Assembly: GCA_963782055.1 (NCBI GenBank)
Contig: CAWAIF010000003.1
Location: forward strand, 4,352,001 to 4,416,000
Direction of reading: 5' to 3'
Length of the DNA stretch: 64,000 nucleotides
Source: an uncultured delta proteobacterium
Lineage (GTDB): Bacteria; Myxococcota_A; Polyangia; Polyangiales; Polyangiaceae
In this document: positions 48,574 through 57,730 of the stretch, piece by piece
Position numbering within the stretch: position 1 is the first letter of the stretch
How the letters are laid out: every line of letters begins with the position of its first letter
The notes under the pieces: generated by a model
The model's input: the letters and a program-made list of their open reading frames with translations, nothing else
What the model was told of the DNA's origin: nothing
Databases searched by the model: none
Program-made: the position numbers and the translations under genes

Positions 48574-50718
48574 GTGATGACCATGTTCACGCGTTTCGCC
48601 TGGGTGATGGGGCTGGGGGTAGCAGCGGCGGTGGCGAGCGGCTGCAGCGGCGGCGGGGGCGATCTCGGCGCGATGCAGTCGGCGGTGCTCACGCGCGCCT
48701 CCAGCTGCCAGGACCTGCAGGCGGCGCTGCGCGCCGACGCCCGGGCGAAGGTCAACGCGTACTTCGACGGCCAGGAGTACTGGCTGCAGCACCGGAGCAG
48801 CGGCGGCCTCTTCGGTGGAGGCGTGGACGTGGCCAACGCCGGGGCGGCGCCCCCCAAGTCGAGCGACACCGCGACCGACTACTCGCAGACCAACACGCAG
48901 GTGGCGGGCGTCGACGAGGCGGACATCGTCAAGAACGACGGCAAGTACATCTACGACCTGCACGGCAGCTCCTTCAAGGTCATCCAGGCCTTCCCGGCCG
49001 ACCAGCTCCAGTCGACGAGCAGCGTCGGCATCGAGGGCTACCCGAGCGAGATGTTCGTCGACTCCGGGCGCGCGGTGATCTTCTCCAGCGTCCCGGCGAG
49101 CCCGGTGTTCGCGGCGGCGGGCGTCCCGCGCAAGACGCCCTACGGCTACTGGGGCGCGGGCTGGTGGGGCGGCGCGTGGGGGGCGCCCGCCTGCCTGGGC
49201 TGGAGCTGCGGCACGTACATCTCCGACCCGGTGACCAAGGTGACGGTCCTGTCGCTCGCCGACGTCGCCAACCCCCAGGTCGTGCGCGAGATGTACTTCG
49301 AGGGCAGCTACCTCTCCTCCCGCCGCATCGGCTCGCACGTGCGCGCGGTGCTCACCGGCGACGCACACTTCCCGGAGCTCCAGTACTACCCGCAGGACTA
49401 CACCGGGGACTGGAGCGACACGAGCGCCCTGGTGAACGCCTACGAGAAGCTGCGCGCCAAGGACCTGGCCACCATCGACGCGATGACCGCCGCCGACTGG
49501 CTGCCCTTCGCCTTCGAGAAGACGGGCGGGAAGACCACCGGACGGCAGATGGCCTGCCAGGACTACTACACCACCACCGCCGGCTCGACGGAGTACGGCC
49601 TCACGCAGGTGGTCAGCTTCAATCTGGACCAGCCGGCGCAGGCGCCCGGCGACATCGGCATCGAGGGCTCGGCCGACACGCTCTACTCCAGCGCCGACAC
49701 CATGGTGCTCGCCTCCCGCGGGTGGCGCAGCAACTGGTGGTGGGACTACGACCAGCTCCCGGTCGGCTTCTCCTTCACGTACACGCACCTGCACGCCTTC
49801 GACATCGCGAGCGACCCCGAGCACCCGACATACCTGGGCTCCGGCACCCTGCCCGGCATGATCAAGGACCAGTTCTCCCTCGACGAGAAGGGCGGCGTGA
49901 TCCGCGTCGCCACGACCGAGGCGCGCGCCGAGCACGTGGCGACGCACGGCGGGCACATGGGCTTCGTCAGCATCGCCCACGTCTTCACCATGGGCGCGAA
50001 GGACGGGCGGCTGGTGCAGCTCGGCAGCGCGGGAGACATCGCCGACAACGAGCAGATCATGTCGACGCGCTTCGTGGGCGACCACGCGTACGTGGTGACC
50101 TATCGCTCCGTCGACCCGCTCTTCGTCGTGGACACGAGCAACGCGGCGGACCCGAAGCTCGTCGGCTCGCTGAGCATCCCCGGCTTCTCCGAGTACATGC
50201 AGCCCATCGACGACACGCACCTCCTCACCATCGGCAAGGACGGCGGCAGCAGCGGCGCGTGGAGCGGCAACCTGGCCCTGCAGCTGTTCGACGTGTCCAA
50301 CCCCACCGCGCCGGCGCTGGTCTCCAAGTACAGCTTCGCCGGGCAGTGGGGCTACTCCGAGGCGGAGTACCAGCACAAGGCGTTCACCTGGTACCCGCAG
50401 CGCGGCCTGCTGAGCTTCCCCTACTGGACCTACGACCCGAGCTACACGACGATGCACTCCACCGCCGAGCTCTTCAAGGTGGACCTCAAGGGCGGCATCT
50501 CCCACGTCGGCTCGGTGGACCACACGCCGCTCTTCGGCAGCGCCACCAAGGGCTACTGCGGCGGCTACATGACCCCCATGGTTCGCCGCAGCGTCTTCAT
50601 GGACGACGACATGTACTCCGTCTCCTACGGCGGCGTCGTCGCGACCAACACGCTGGACATGTCGCAGGTGAAGACGCTCTCGCTGGGCGCCCCGGTGCTG
50701 GACGGCTACTGCTACTGA
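48574..50718 (+). CDS. Secreted beta-propeller domain lipoprotein
   Basis: YSQTNTQVAGVDEADIVKNDG, DQFSLDE, VDPLFVVD, IPGFSEYM; lipobox ASGC. Confidence 0.85.
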   Translation: MMTMFTRFAWVMGLGVAAAVASGCSGGGGDLGAMQSAVLTRASSCQDLQAALRADARAKVNAYFDGQEYWLQHRSSGGLFGGGVDVANAGAAPPKSSDTATDYSQTNTQVAGVDEADIVKNDGKYIYDLHGSSFKVIQAFPADQLQSTSSVGIEGYPSEMFVDSGRAVIFSSVPASPVFAAAGVPRKTPYGYWGAGWWGGAWGAPACLGWSCGTYISDPVTKVTVLSLADVANPQVVREMYFEGSYLSSRRIGSHVRAVLTGDAHFPELQYYPQDYTGDWSDTSALVNAYEKLRAKDLATIDAMTAADWLPFAFEKTGGKTTGRQMACQDYYTTTAGSTEYGLTQVVSFNLDQPAQAPGDIGIEGSADTLYSSADTMVLASRGWRSNWWWDYDQLPVGFSFTYTHLHAFDIASDPEHPTYLGSGTLPGMIKDQFSLDEKGGVIRVATTEARAEHVATHGGHMGFVSIAHVFTMGAKDGRLVQLGSAGDIADNEQIMSTRFVGDHAYVVTYRSVDPLFVVDTSNAADPKLVGSLSIPGFSEYMQPIDDTHLLTIGKDGGSSGAWSGNLALQLFDVSNPTAPALVSKYSFAGQWGYSEAEYQHKAFTWYPQRGLLSFPYWTYDPSYTTMHSTAELFKVDLKGGISHVGSVDHTPLFGSATKGYCGGYMTPMVRRSVFMDDDMYSVSYGGVVATNTLDMSQVKTLSLGAPVLDGYCY

Positions 50719-50755
50719 GCGACGCCGGCGGGACGGGCGGGAGGCCCTCCCCTTC

Positions 50756-51523
50756 TCAGGGCGACTTGGTCGCGGGGTGCTGCGGCTTGCACTTCTGCAC
50801 CGCGGGGACCTTGTCGAGCGACACCAGGTTGGCGGTGATCTCCTCCGGCGTGTATTTGCCGCGGATGGCCTTCCACACGCACTCGCACGTCGGCTTGTGG
50901 TCCGGCTTGTCCTGCACGCAGAGGCCCATGAAGTCCGCCTTCGCGATGGCCTCGGGGAGCTTGCCCTTGCAGGCGTGCACCATCGACTTCTTCGCGTCGT
51001 CGAAGCGGGGGCCCTTGAAGTCGCCGACGAAGTCGACCAACTGCAGCTTCTTGCGGAGGTTGGTCCACGCGCAATCGCAGTAGGGGGCCTTCGCCGTCTG
51101 ATCGCCCGCGCAGCCCTTGAGGAAGTTGTCCTTGATCACCGGCTCCGGGAGCTTGCTCCCGCAGGCCTGCACCGTGCGCGTCTTGAGCAGCTCCAGCTTC
51201 TCCGGCGGCGGCCGCTGGCTGAGGTCGGTGTCCTTGAAGATGTCGGCGAACTGCTCGAAGCCGCAGGCGCAGTACTCCTGAGCGTGCGTCTGCTTGACGC
51301 AGCCGGCCATGAAGGGCACGCGCTGCGACTCCATCGTCGGCTTGGGGGGCGGCGTCTCGCTGCTGGCCGAGCTGGTGCCGGACGCCGAGGGCGCGGGCGG
51401 CAACGGCGTGGCTGCGGTCTCGGAGGCGGCGGGGGTGGCGGGCGCGGGGGTGGGGCTGCCTCCGCAGGCGGCGGCGACGGCGGCCAGCGTGACGACCAGG
51501 ACCGGAAGGGTGGTGGGGCGCAT
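50756..51523 (-). CDS. Cys-rich repeat lipoprotein
   Basis: Lipobox AAAC; three F..xC...C.C repeats. Confidence 0.75.
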   Translation of the reverse strand: MRPTTLPVLVVTLAAVAAACGGSPTPAPATPAASETAATPLPPAPSASGTSSASSETPPPKPTMESQRVPFMAGCVKQTHAQEYCACGFEQFADIFKDTDLSQRPPPEKLELLKTRTVQACGSKLPEPVIKDNFLKGCAGDQTAKAPYCDCAWTNLRKKLQLVDFVGDFKGPRFDDAKKSMVHACKGKLPEAIAKADFMGLCVQDKPDHKPTCECVWKAIRGKYTPEEITANLVSLDKVPAVQKCKPQHPATKSP

Positions 51524-51552
51524 GCGCCCGCGTACACCGGAGCGGGGCGCGC

Positions 51553-52263
51553 GTGAAGGGGAGATCGCCGGGCTGGAAGAGCTGCGCTAGGATGGCGGGC
51601 GTGGGGCACCGGCAGCGCGGGCATGGAGGAGCGGTCGTGGCAGGGGGGCAGCCCCCGAGGGCCCGGCACGCCCGGCCACGGACCCTGCTCGCCGGCGCGG
51701 TGCTCCTCGCCGCGTCCCTCGTCGCGACGACGGGCGCGGGCGCACCCGCCACCGTCCACGTGCCCCTCGTGTGCTCGCGCGGGAGCAACGGCGGCAGCTA
51801 CGACGCGGTGGTGACCGTCCCCTTCTCCGCGCCGACGGGCAGCACCTACACGGTGCGGATCGAGGCGCTCCCCTCCCCCAAGATCTCCCACACCGGCCTG
51901 CACTACATCTACGACTGGCAGGCGGACTGGCTGCTCCCCCAGGGCGCCGAGTACGTCGAGGGCTCCGCCCACGTGGTGCCCAACACCGGATCGCAGAACG
52001 TCCGCGACACCGCCCGCGTCTGGCACGACACCCGCGGCGTGCACCTCATCCTGCCCGGGCACGTGCAGAACGGCGGCAGCTACACCCCGCCGGTCGTGGA
52101 GTTCAAGCTCAAGGCGCTCGCCACCGCGGGCAAGGTCCTGGAGGTGAAGCTCGACCGGACGCAGGTGAAGGCCAACGTCTTCTTGCTCGGCGATCTCACC
52201 ACCACGTGCGATCCCGCCCCGCGCCCGCGCACCATCGGGATGACCGGCGTGGTGGCGCCCTGA
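51553..52263 (+). CDS. Secreted hypothetical protein
   Basis: Hydrophobic signal, beta-rich body, two Cys; start uncertain. Confidence 0.6.
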   Translation: MKGRSPGWKSCARMAGVGHRQRGHGGAVVAGGQPPRARHARPRTLLAGAVLLAASLVATTGAGAPATVHVPLVCSRGSNGGSYDAVVTVPFSAPTGSTYTVRIEALPSPKISHTGLHYIYDWQADWLLPQGAEYVEGSAHVVPNTGSQNVRDTARVWHDTRGVHLILPGHVQNGGSYTPPVVEFKLKALATAGKVLEVKLDRTQVKANVFLLGDLTTTCDPAPRPRTIGMTGVVAP

Positions 52264-52267
52264 TCAG

Positions 52268-52924
52268 TCACCCTCCGGGCGCGGGCACGCGGGGGGCGCG
52301 CCGCACGACGAGGGCGACGAGACCGCTCAGGACAGCCGCGAAGAAGCACCAGACGGAGAGGAAGCCCGCGCGGTACAGGAGCCCCGTCGCCGCGAAGGCG
52401 ATCGCCACCGACGCCGCGAGCCACGAGGTCCCGCGCACCGAGGAGACCAGCAGCGGCGCGGCGACCAGCGCCAGGTAGACGAAGGGCGCGAGGTGCTTCG
52501 CCGGGACGTCGATCTGGACCCAGTAGTAGAGGTTGCCGTAGGCGATGCACGCATTGGAGGCGCGCAGGGTGGCGCACGCCATGAGGTACGCGCCGAGCGC
52601 GGCGCCAGCGGCCGCCAGCGCGAGGAGCGCGGTCCGGCGCGCCCGGACGCGCTCCACCAGCGCGAGCGCCGAGGGGACGTAGAGCGGCCACACGAAGAGC
52701 GCGAAGAAGAGGAAGGCGCGCGCCAGGGGCGTGCTCTCCACGTGGAAGGGCGCCGCATCGAGCGCGAGCCACACCGCGCCTTCGCACGCCTGCTGCCCGG
52801 CGAAGACCAGGGGGACCGCCGCGAGCCCCAGGTGCCGGCGGGTCGGCGCGCCACGGACCGACAGGGCGCCGATCGCGCCGAGCGCGGCCGCCGCGCCGAA
52901 GCTCGCCCGGGCGGAGAAGCACAC
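52268..52924 (-). CDS. Membrane protein (DUF6629-like)
   Basis: (M)CFSARASF, QQACEG, SVWCFFAA. Confidence 0.75.
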   Translation of the reverse strand: MCFSARASFGAAAALGAIGALSVRGAPTRRHLGLAAVPLVFAGQQACEGAVWLALDAAPFHVESTPLARAFLFFALFVWPLYVPSALALVERVRARRTALLALAAAGAALGAYLMACATLRASNACIAYGNLYYWVQIDVPAKHLAPFVYLALVAAPLLVSSVRGTSWLAASVAIAFAATGLLYRAGFLSVWCFFAAVLSGLVALVVRRAPRVPAPGG

Positions 52925-53036
52925 GGGCGGGAGGCTAGCAGATGCCCGCGCGCGGCGACGCCGGCCGGATCGGCGCCCCCATGCCCCGACATCACGCGCT
53001 TCCAGCGGCAACGCAGAAGGTGATAAGCTGGAGGCC

Positions 53037-53450
53037 GTGAACGTTGGAAAGGGGGAGCGACGCTGGGAGGCCGATGGGGCCGCGGTCGTGCTCGAGCAGC
53101 CGGCGCGGGGCGTGCTGGTGTTTCGCATGTCCGGCCGGATGATGCCCGGCCTGGTCGAGCACTTCCGCGGCGCGGTGGCGCCGTTCGTCGCGGCGAACGA
53201 GCGGGTGGACCTCTTCTTCGACACCTTGAAGATGTCCGGCTATCACCCGCAGTTCCGCGATCGGATGACGGAATGGCACAGGGATATCAAGCCCCACACC
53301 CGCTCGGCGCATGTCTACGTGAGCTCGAAGCTCATCGGGATGGCGATCGCGATCGCGAACATGGTGACGGGCGGCATCCTGAAGAGTCACACCGACCGTA
53401 ACGCGTTCGAGCGCGCGATCTCCGCCGCCGTGCGCCAGACCGCGGCGTAG
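53037..53450 (+). CDS. STAS/SEC14-like small hypothetical protein
   Basis: GGAGG RBS before GTG; LFFD...SGY...R...W, HVYVSSKLIGMAI pattern. Confidence 0.55.
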   Translation: MNVGKGERRWEADGAAVVLEQPARGVLVFRMSGRMMPGLVEHFRGAVAPFVAANERVDLFFDTLKMSGYHPQFRDRMTEWHRDIKPHTRSAHVYVSSKLIGMAIAIANMVTGGILKSHTDRNAFERAISAAVRQTAA

Positions 53451-53459
53451 GCGGGACGC

Positions 53460-53963
53460 ATGCGGGGGTTCCTTTTCCGTCGCGGCTTCGTGCTGCCGGT
53501 GGTGGTGGTCGGCGTGATCCCAGCCGCGATCCTGATCGTCCTCCACGGCGGGCTCGCCCTGTCGCCGGCGGCGCTCTCCGTCGGCGCGGTCGTCTTCGGG
53601 ATCGGCTTCGCGCTGCTGCTGTCGACCACGCGTCTGTTCAGCAAGAACGGCGGCAGCCTCGCCCCGTGGAATCCGCCGAAGCGCATGGTGGCGAGCGGCC
53701 CGTATCGCTACCTGCGCAATCCGATGATCCTCGGCATCTTCGTGATGCTGGTCGGCCTCGCCGTCGGCTTCGAGTCGCGAGCGATCGCGATCTGGTTTGC
53801 GATCTTCTTCGCCGCCAAGCAGATCTACATCCGCTTCGACGAGGAGCCGGCGCTGCGGAAGCGCTTCGGAGAGGACTACGCCGCCTACTGCGCGGAGGTA
53901 CCCCGGTGGATCCCGCGGCTTTCGCCGGCGAAGGAGCGTCGATCCCGCTCGTCCCAGGCCTGA
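53460..53963 (+). CDS. Isoprenylcysteine carboxylmethyltransferase / PEMT family protein
   Basis: GPYRYLRNPM, EEPALRKRFGEDYAAYCAEVPRW. Confidence 0.88.
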   Translation: MRGFLFRRGFVLPVVVVGVIPAAILIVLHGGLALSPAALSVGAVVFGIGFALLLSTTRLFSKNGGSLAPWNPPKRMVASGPYRYLRNPMILGIFVMLVGLAVGFESRAIAIWFAIFFAAKQIYIRFDEEPALRKRFGEDYAAYCAEVPRWIPRLSPAKERRSRSSQA

Positions 53964-54135
53964 GCAACGAAGCCCTCGGAGCAGATCGACGAGCGCATCG
54001 CAGGCATCACCGACTGGCGCGGCGAGATACTCGCCGCGATCCGGCGGATCTTGCTGGAAGCCGACCCGGCGGTCATGGAGGACTGGAAGTGGATGGGGAC
54101 CCCCGTCTGGGACTGCGACGGGATGGTCTCTCTCA
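53964..54135 (+). pseudogene. DUF1801 (YdhG-like) N-terminal remnant
   Basis: PSEQIDERIAGITDWRGEILAAIRRILLEADPAVMEDWKWMGTPVW; no start codon; similarity stops after about 57 codons. Confidence 0.65.
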
Positions 54136-54244
54136 CCCGACGGGCAAGGCAGCTCCCGGCCCCGCCCGGAAGGTCGCCCGCCGCGCGGCCTCGACTCTCC
54201 CGCTCTCTCCCGACCGGAGGCGCGCGCGCGAGGGCGGGCGCGAA

Positions 54245-56269
54245 TCACCGGGCCGCGACCTGCCGCCGGATCTCCGCCAGCGTCCAGCGCGCGGTCTCCT
54301 CCGCCCCCTTCCCGTCCGGGTGCAGGCCATCCGGGCGAATCGGCTCGCCGTCGCTGAAGATGACGCAATCGGGCGTCGGGCACACGTGCCTGGCCACGTC
54401 CACCGTCGGGAAGTGGTGCGCCGCCGCGACGCTCGCGAGCAGCCCGTTGAAGCAGTCGACGTGCTGCACCGTGTCGCGCGCGCGCCACCGGCCGAGCGGA
54501 TAGGGCACCAGCGTGATCACCACCTGCCCGGCGTCCTTGCCCATGGCCGCGATGAGCTCCTCCAGCCGCGCGCGGTAAGCCTGCTGCCAGCCGGCGTCGC
54601 ACGACCACTCGTACTTGCCGTCCTGGTCGATCTTGGCGAGGTACGCGCCGCCCAGCACGATGAGCGTCACGTCCGGCTTCACCTCCCTCACGTCCGACGC
54701 CCAGTGCGCCGCGCACCCGCCGGCGTCGTTCTGCTTCCCCGCGGTGTGCCCGGCGTGGAAGATCTGGCTCCGCAGGATGCTGCAGTTGCCCACCCCGCGC
54801 TCGGCGACGAAGGCGTGCGCGCTCTCTTGCCGGTAGCGCAGCGCCACCCCCAGCTTGCCCGCCACCGAGTCGCCCAGCGTGAGGATGCGCAGCGTCCCTG
54901 GCGGCAGCGCGCTCGCCGGCGGCAGCGTGTGGCTGTCGACGGAGTACGGCGTGGGCCACAGCGTGTCGAGGATCGCCTTCATCGGCGGCCGCGGCGCGAC
55001 CTGCTTCGGCGTCGCCCTCGGGAAGGTGGCCCAGACCACCACCAGCGCCGCCCCCGCGAACGCCGACGGCACGACGAACCGTGCCCGCGCGAAGGTGAGG
55101 CCGTGGACGCGGATCGGCCGCTCCAGGTACCGGTAGGAGGTGACCGCGATGCCGAAGGTGACCGCCAGCCGCACCATCTCCAGCCACGGCTCGCGCAGGT
55201 GCGTGCGCTCCAGCGTCAGCACGCAGTCCACCGGCCAGTGCCAGAGGTAGACGCCGTAGCTGATGGTGCCCACGTACGCGAGCGGCCGGAAGGAGAGGCC
55301 GCGCGCGACGAAGCTCGCCGGGCCGCACACCGCGCAGGCGATGAGCGCCAGACACGCCAGCTCGGTGAGCCAGAAGCCGCCGTGGTAGAGGAAGGGCGAC
55401 TGACCGTCGAGCGCGAGCCACGCAGAGGTCGTGCCGGCGAGCGCGACGAAGCCGAGGACGTCGAGCACGCGCACCTTCGCGCCGAGCCTCGCGCCGAGAT
55501 CCCTCGACGGCGGGAAGGTGAGCGCGAGCACCGCGCCGGCCAGGATGGCGGCGGCGCGGGTGTCGGTGCGGAAGTACGCGCGCGAGGTGGCGTCGGGATC
55601 GTAGGCGTGGAGCATCGCCACGACCGACAGCCCCAGCAGCACCAGCGTCACCCCCAGCATCACGCGCCGGCCGCGGCGCAGCACCACCAGCACCAGCGTG
55701 AAGAGCAGCGGCCAGACGACGTAGAACTGCTCCTCGATCGCCAGGCTCCAGGTGTGCTCCAGCGGCGAGGGCGCGGCGAAGAGCTGCCAGTAGCTCTTCT
55801 GGGAGAAGACGGCGCGCCAGTTGGCGACGTACCCGAGCGTCGCCAGCGCGTCGCCGCGCAGGGAGGCGAGCTCGTCCGGCTTGGCGAACACTACCGCGTA
55901 GAGCGCCACCGCGGGCATCAGCGAGAGCAGCGCGGGGAAGAGGCGTCGCGCGCGGCGCACCCAGAAGTGGGCGAGGTCCACGCGACCGGTGTCGCGCACC
56001 TCGGCGAGCAGGATGCTGGTGATGAGATAACCGGAGAGGACGAAGAAGAGGTCGACGCCCAGGTAGCCGCCGGGCAGCAGGCCGTTGGCGTGGAAGAAGA
56101 CGACGCCCAGCACCGCAAGCCCGCGCAGGCCATCCAGGCCGGGCAGGTGTGGGATGCCGCGCTTCACCCGGGGGGTGGGCGCGGTCGGCTGTGCGGTCAC
56201 GTCGTCGGCCACGGCGAGGCCGGGCACCATAGCCGGAGCCGGCCCCAGTTTCGAGTCGGGAGCGATCAC
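54245..56269 (-). CDS. Acyltransferase-3 + SGNH fusion (OatA-like O-acetyltransferase)
   Basis: LDGLRGLAV, GVDLFFVLSGYLIT, HTWSLAIEEQFY, GDS, DGLH. Confidence 0.92.
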   Translation of the reverse strand: MIAPDSKLGPAPAMVPGLAVADDVTAQPTAPTPRVKRGIPHLPGLDGLRGLAVLGVVFFHANGLLPGGYLGVDLFFVLSGYLITSILLAEVRDTGRVDLAHFWVRRARRLFPALLSLMPAVALYAVVFAKPDELASLRGDALATLGYVANWRAVFSQKSYWQLFAAPSPLEHTWSLAIEEQFYVVWPLLFTLVLVVLRRGRRVMLGVTLVLLGLSVVAMLHAYDPDATSRAYFRTDTRAAAILAGAVLALTFPPSRDLGARLGAKVRVLDVLGFVALAGTTSAWLALDGQSPFLYHGGFWLTELACLALIACAVCGPASFVARGLSFRPLAYVGTISYGVYLWHWPVDCVLTLERTHLREPWLEMVRLAVTFGIAVTSYRYLERPIRVHGLTFARARFVVPSAFAGAALVVVWATFPRATPKQVAPRPPMKAILDTLWPTPYSVDSHTLPPASALPPGTLRILTLGDSVAGKLGVALRYRQESAHAFVAERGVGNCSILRSQIFHAGHTAGKQNDAGGCAAHWASDVREVKPDVTLIVLGGAYLAKIDQDGKYEWSCDAGWQQAYRARLEELIAAMGKDAGQVVITLVPYPLGRWRARDTVQHVDCFNGLLASVAAAHHFPTVDVARHVCPTPDCVIFSDGEPIRPDGLHPDGKGAEETARWTLAEIRRQVAAR

Positions 56270-56317
56270 CCCGGCGGAGGCGGGCGCGCCCAGGTTGAGC
56301 TATAGAGGCGTGGCCTC

Positions 56318-57577
56318 ATGTCGATCGCCAGCATCCGCCTTCTCGCCTTGCTTCCGCTTCTTCTCTGCCTCGGCTGTGGCGAGAGCACGCCCGCCGGCCC
56401 GGACGACGCCGGCGCCGACGAGGACGCCGACGCGGGCATCCCCTGCGAGGGCAGCGGCATCAGCAAGGGCCCCTGGGTGCTCGCCATGGATGAGACGCAC
56501 GTCACGGTGCGCTGGGAGGCGTGCCGCGCCGGCACCTCCGGCGACATCACCTACGTGCCCGAGGCGGGCGGCGCCGCCGCCACGGCCACCGCCACCGAGA
56601 CGCCGACGGTGGTGACGACGACGTTCAGCGCCCCGCTCAACCCCAACGCCACGCCGGACTACGCGGGCACCTGGTACATGCACGACGCCGCGCTCTCCGG
56701 CCTGGCGCCGGCCACCTGCTACACCTACGCCCTCGCCGCCGACGCGACCCGCACCGGGCGCTTCTGCACCTCGCGCAAGCCGGGCGATCCCATCCGCTTC
56801 CTCGCCATCGGCGACACCAACCCCGCGCTGGGCGACTCCACGACGAACGTGCTCAGCCACGTGCTGCCGAAGAACCCCGACTTCACCCTGCATCTGGGCG
56901 ACATCGAGTACTACGACTCCACGCTGGAGACCTGGGCGCTCTGGGCCGGGAAGATGCAGCCGCTGCTGTCGCAGGGCGCCTTCCTCCCCGCCGTCGGCAA
57001 CCACGAGCTGGAGAAGCCGACGGAGTATGCAGAGTACACCCTTCGCTTCTTCCACGGCGCGGGCTTCGACGGCAACGACGAGCACTACCACTTCGAATCG
57101 GGGGGCGTGCACTTCTTCGTGCTGGATACGCAGGAGCCCACCGACGGCAGCTCGGCGCAGGCGGCGTGGTTCGCCGAGCAGATCGTCGAGGCGGAGCAGC
57201 AGCCGGGCTACCGCTTCTCCATCGTCTACTTCCACAAGCCCTTCGTGACGTGTGGAGACACCGGCGACGACCCGGCGGCGCGCCAGTACTTCGAGCCGCT
57301 CTTCCTCCAGCACAAGGTGCCGCTCGTCCTCCAGGCGCACATGCACGGCTACGAGCGCTTCGAGATCGGCGCGCTCACGTACGTGACGAGCGGCGGGGGC
57401 GGCGGCGCCATCGGCGACGTGAACCAGAACGTCTCGCGCAGCTACTGCAGCGACCGCGTGGTGTCCGGCGGCTTCTTCAACGGCACCGTCATCGACGTGG
57501 ACGCCACCACGCTCACCGGCACGGTCATCGACGACCAGGGCGTGGTGAGGGACACTTTCCAGAAGACGGTGCCCTGA
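56318..57577 (+). CDS. Purple acid phosphatase-like metallophosphoesterase, lipoprotein
   Basis: GD, GDIEY, GNHE, FHKP, AHMHGYER; lipobox CLGC. Confidence 0.88.
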   Translation: MSIASIRLLALLPLLLCLGCGESTPAGPDDAGADEDADAGIPCEGSGISKGPWVLAMDETHVTVRWEACRAGTSGDITYVPEAGGAAATATATETPTVVTTTFSAPLNPNATPDYAGTWYMHDAALSGLAPATCYTYALAADATRTGRFCTSRKPGDPIRFLAIGDTNPALGDSTTNVLSHVLPKNPDFTLHLGDIEYYDSTLETWALWAGKMQPLLSQGAFLPAVGNHELEKPTEYAEYTLRFFHGAGFDGNDEHYHFESGGVHFFVLDTQEPTDGSSAQAAWFAEQIVEAEQQPGYRFSIVYFHKPFVTCGDTGDDPAARQYFEPLFLQHKVPLVLQAHMHGYERFEIGALTYVTSGGGGGAIGDVNQNVSRSYCSDRVVSGGFFNGTVIDVDATTLTGTVIDDQGVVRDTFQKTVP

Positions 57578-57704
57578 GCCGGTTCGTGCGCGCGCATTTC
57601 TGAAGCGGACGGCGCTGAGCGCGGGGTGTCCGGGGTGTCCGGATGACTGTCCGCGGCCACCCCCCAGGCAGCGCATATCCCGAAGATCGCACCCGTTTCC
57701 TGCT

Positions 57705-57720
57705 GGCATGGGACGCGCAC
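57705..57720 (+). promoter_or_regulatory. Possible sigma54 promoter of the transposase
   Basis: TGGCATG-GGAC-GCGCA, GG-N10-GC, just upstream of the GTG start. Confidence 0.35.
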
Positions 57721-57730
57721 TGGCCAGGGC

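Noticed and set aside
53666..56305. 879-aa plus-strand ORF
   Set aside because: Antisense shadow of the acyltransferase
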